Virus record (IMG/VR): IMGVR_UViG_3300047445_000186
Location: 129,829-193,828 of that record
Source of the DNA: a virus
Length of the DNA stretch: 64,000 nucleotides
Reading direction: 5' to 3' (one strand)
Shown: in pieces, positions 63,547-64,000 of the stretch
How positions within the stretch are numbered: the stretch's first letter is position 1
How the letters are laid out: each line of letters starts with the position of its first letter
Made by a program: the position numbers and the translations under genes
The notes under the pieces: model-generated
Told to the model about the DNA's origin: nothing
The model's input: only the letters and a program-made list of their open reading frames with translations
Databases searched by the model: none

Positions 63547-64000
63547 GAGGTTCTGATGTTCTAAATGTTTTTTCTTCAGTGAACTCTTTGCCGTTCACTT
63601 CGACCGAACCGAGACAGACGAGAAAAGCGCCGTGCATTGTCTGCATCTCGCCTTCCTTCAGCTCGTGCTTCGTAACAGTAGGAAGCTTCCCGTCGTTGAT
63701 CTTTGCTGGGATGCAGATCCGGGTCGTTGGTTCGACGTACGTGATCTTGAACTCTCCACCTTGACCGACAACCTCGTGTTCTGAAGACAGAACACCAGGA
63801 ACCCGATCCTTGCGGAGAACACCATCCAACTCGAACTGAGCCCGACCCTTAGTGAACAGGGTCAGAGCTTCAGTCATCATTGAGTCGCCGTCAACCGTCT
63901 GCCAACACCCTTCAGGGAAGTCGCGGAACGTGATAATCCATTTGAACGCCCGCTTGATGCGGGTTTCATCTTTCTTATCTGCTCCGTGGAGGGTCTCGAG
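63497..64000 (-). CDS. hypothetical protein, 5' end beyond window (partial)
   Basis: The minus-strand frame stays open from 63880 to the window edge, so the listed ORF 63497..63880 is N-terminally truncated. Confidence 0.45.
   Translation of the reverse strand, partial: LETLHGADKKDETRIKRAFKWIITFRDFPEGCWQTVDGDSMMTEALTLFTKGRAQFELDGVLRKDRVPGVLSSEHEVVGQGGEFKITYVEPTTRICIPAKINDGKLPTVTKHELKEGEMQTMHGAFLVCLGSVEVNGKEFTEEKTFRTSEPREVLALHDVILLEFHD

Noticed and set aside
1-64000. Integrase, transposase or insertion-sequence boundaries, att sites, prophage ends
   Set aside because: No recombinase-like ORF or terminal inverted repeat pair was seen. The tRNA genes are in an internal array, not a single attB-like target.

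Overview
The window is about 53-55% GC and very gene-dense. Nearly all genes are on the + strand, short, and often overlap their neighbours by a few nucleotides (ATGA or TAATG junctions), with many small hypothetical proteins. It carries an array of about 24 tRNA genes (37.97-40.50 kb) plus an isolated tRNA-Arg. The enzyme content includes a CCA-adding enzyme, an HNH-RNA ligase fusion, DHFR, a 5'-deoxynucleotidase, Nudix, an HNH endonuclease, a lambda-type Ser/Thr phosphatase, an H-NS homolog and a collagen-like protein. All of this is typical of the accessory part of a large (jumbo-type) dsDNA bacteriophage. No capsid, terminase or polymerase gene lies in the window, so the phage assignment is inference.

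Four systems stand out:
- A complete PrkA(YeaG)-YeaH(DUF444)-SpoVR(YcgB) stress-kinase cassette at 55.5-60.6 kb.
- A Ro60/Rsr-like TROVE-vWA protein preceded by a 500-nt noncoding region that could encode a Y-RNA-like partner (49.0-51.2 kb).
- A roughly 9-kb membrane-lipid remodelling island at 19.5-28.4 kb. It contains a B12-binding radical SAM enzyme, a membrane fatty-acid desaturase, several Asp/Asn beta-hydroxylase (LpxO/OlsC)-like and cupin oxygenases, and a PP-loop ATPase. A second desaturase and cupin copy lie on the opposite strand at 62.2-63.5 kb.
- A tRNA maintenance or repair toolkit (CCA enzyme, HNH-Rnl2-like ligase, HD and HAD phosphohydrolases) next to a tRNA array that contains several structurally atypical members.

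Other notable items are a secreted collagen-like protein with an in-frame (PPVVV)x5 repeat, an H1-like lysine/alanine-rich protein in a GC-rich patch, a thrice-repeated palindromic terminator element, and a family of MK[LIV]xEL-initiated paralogs.
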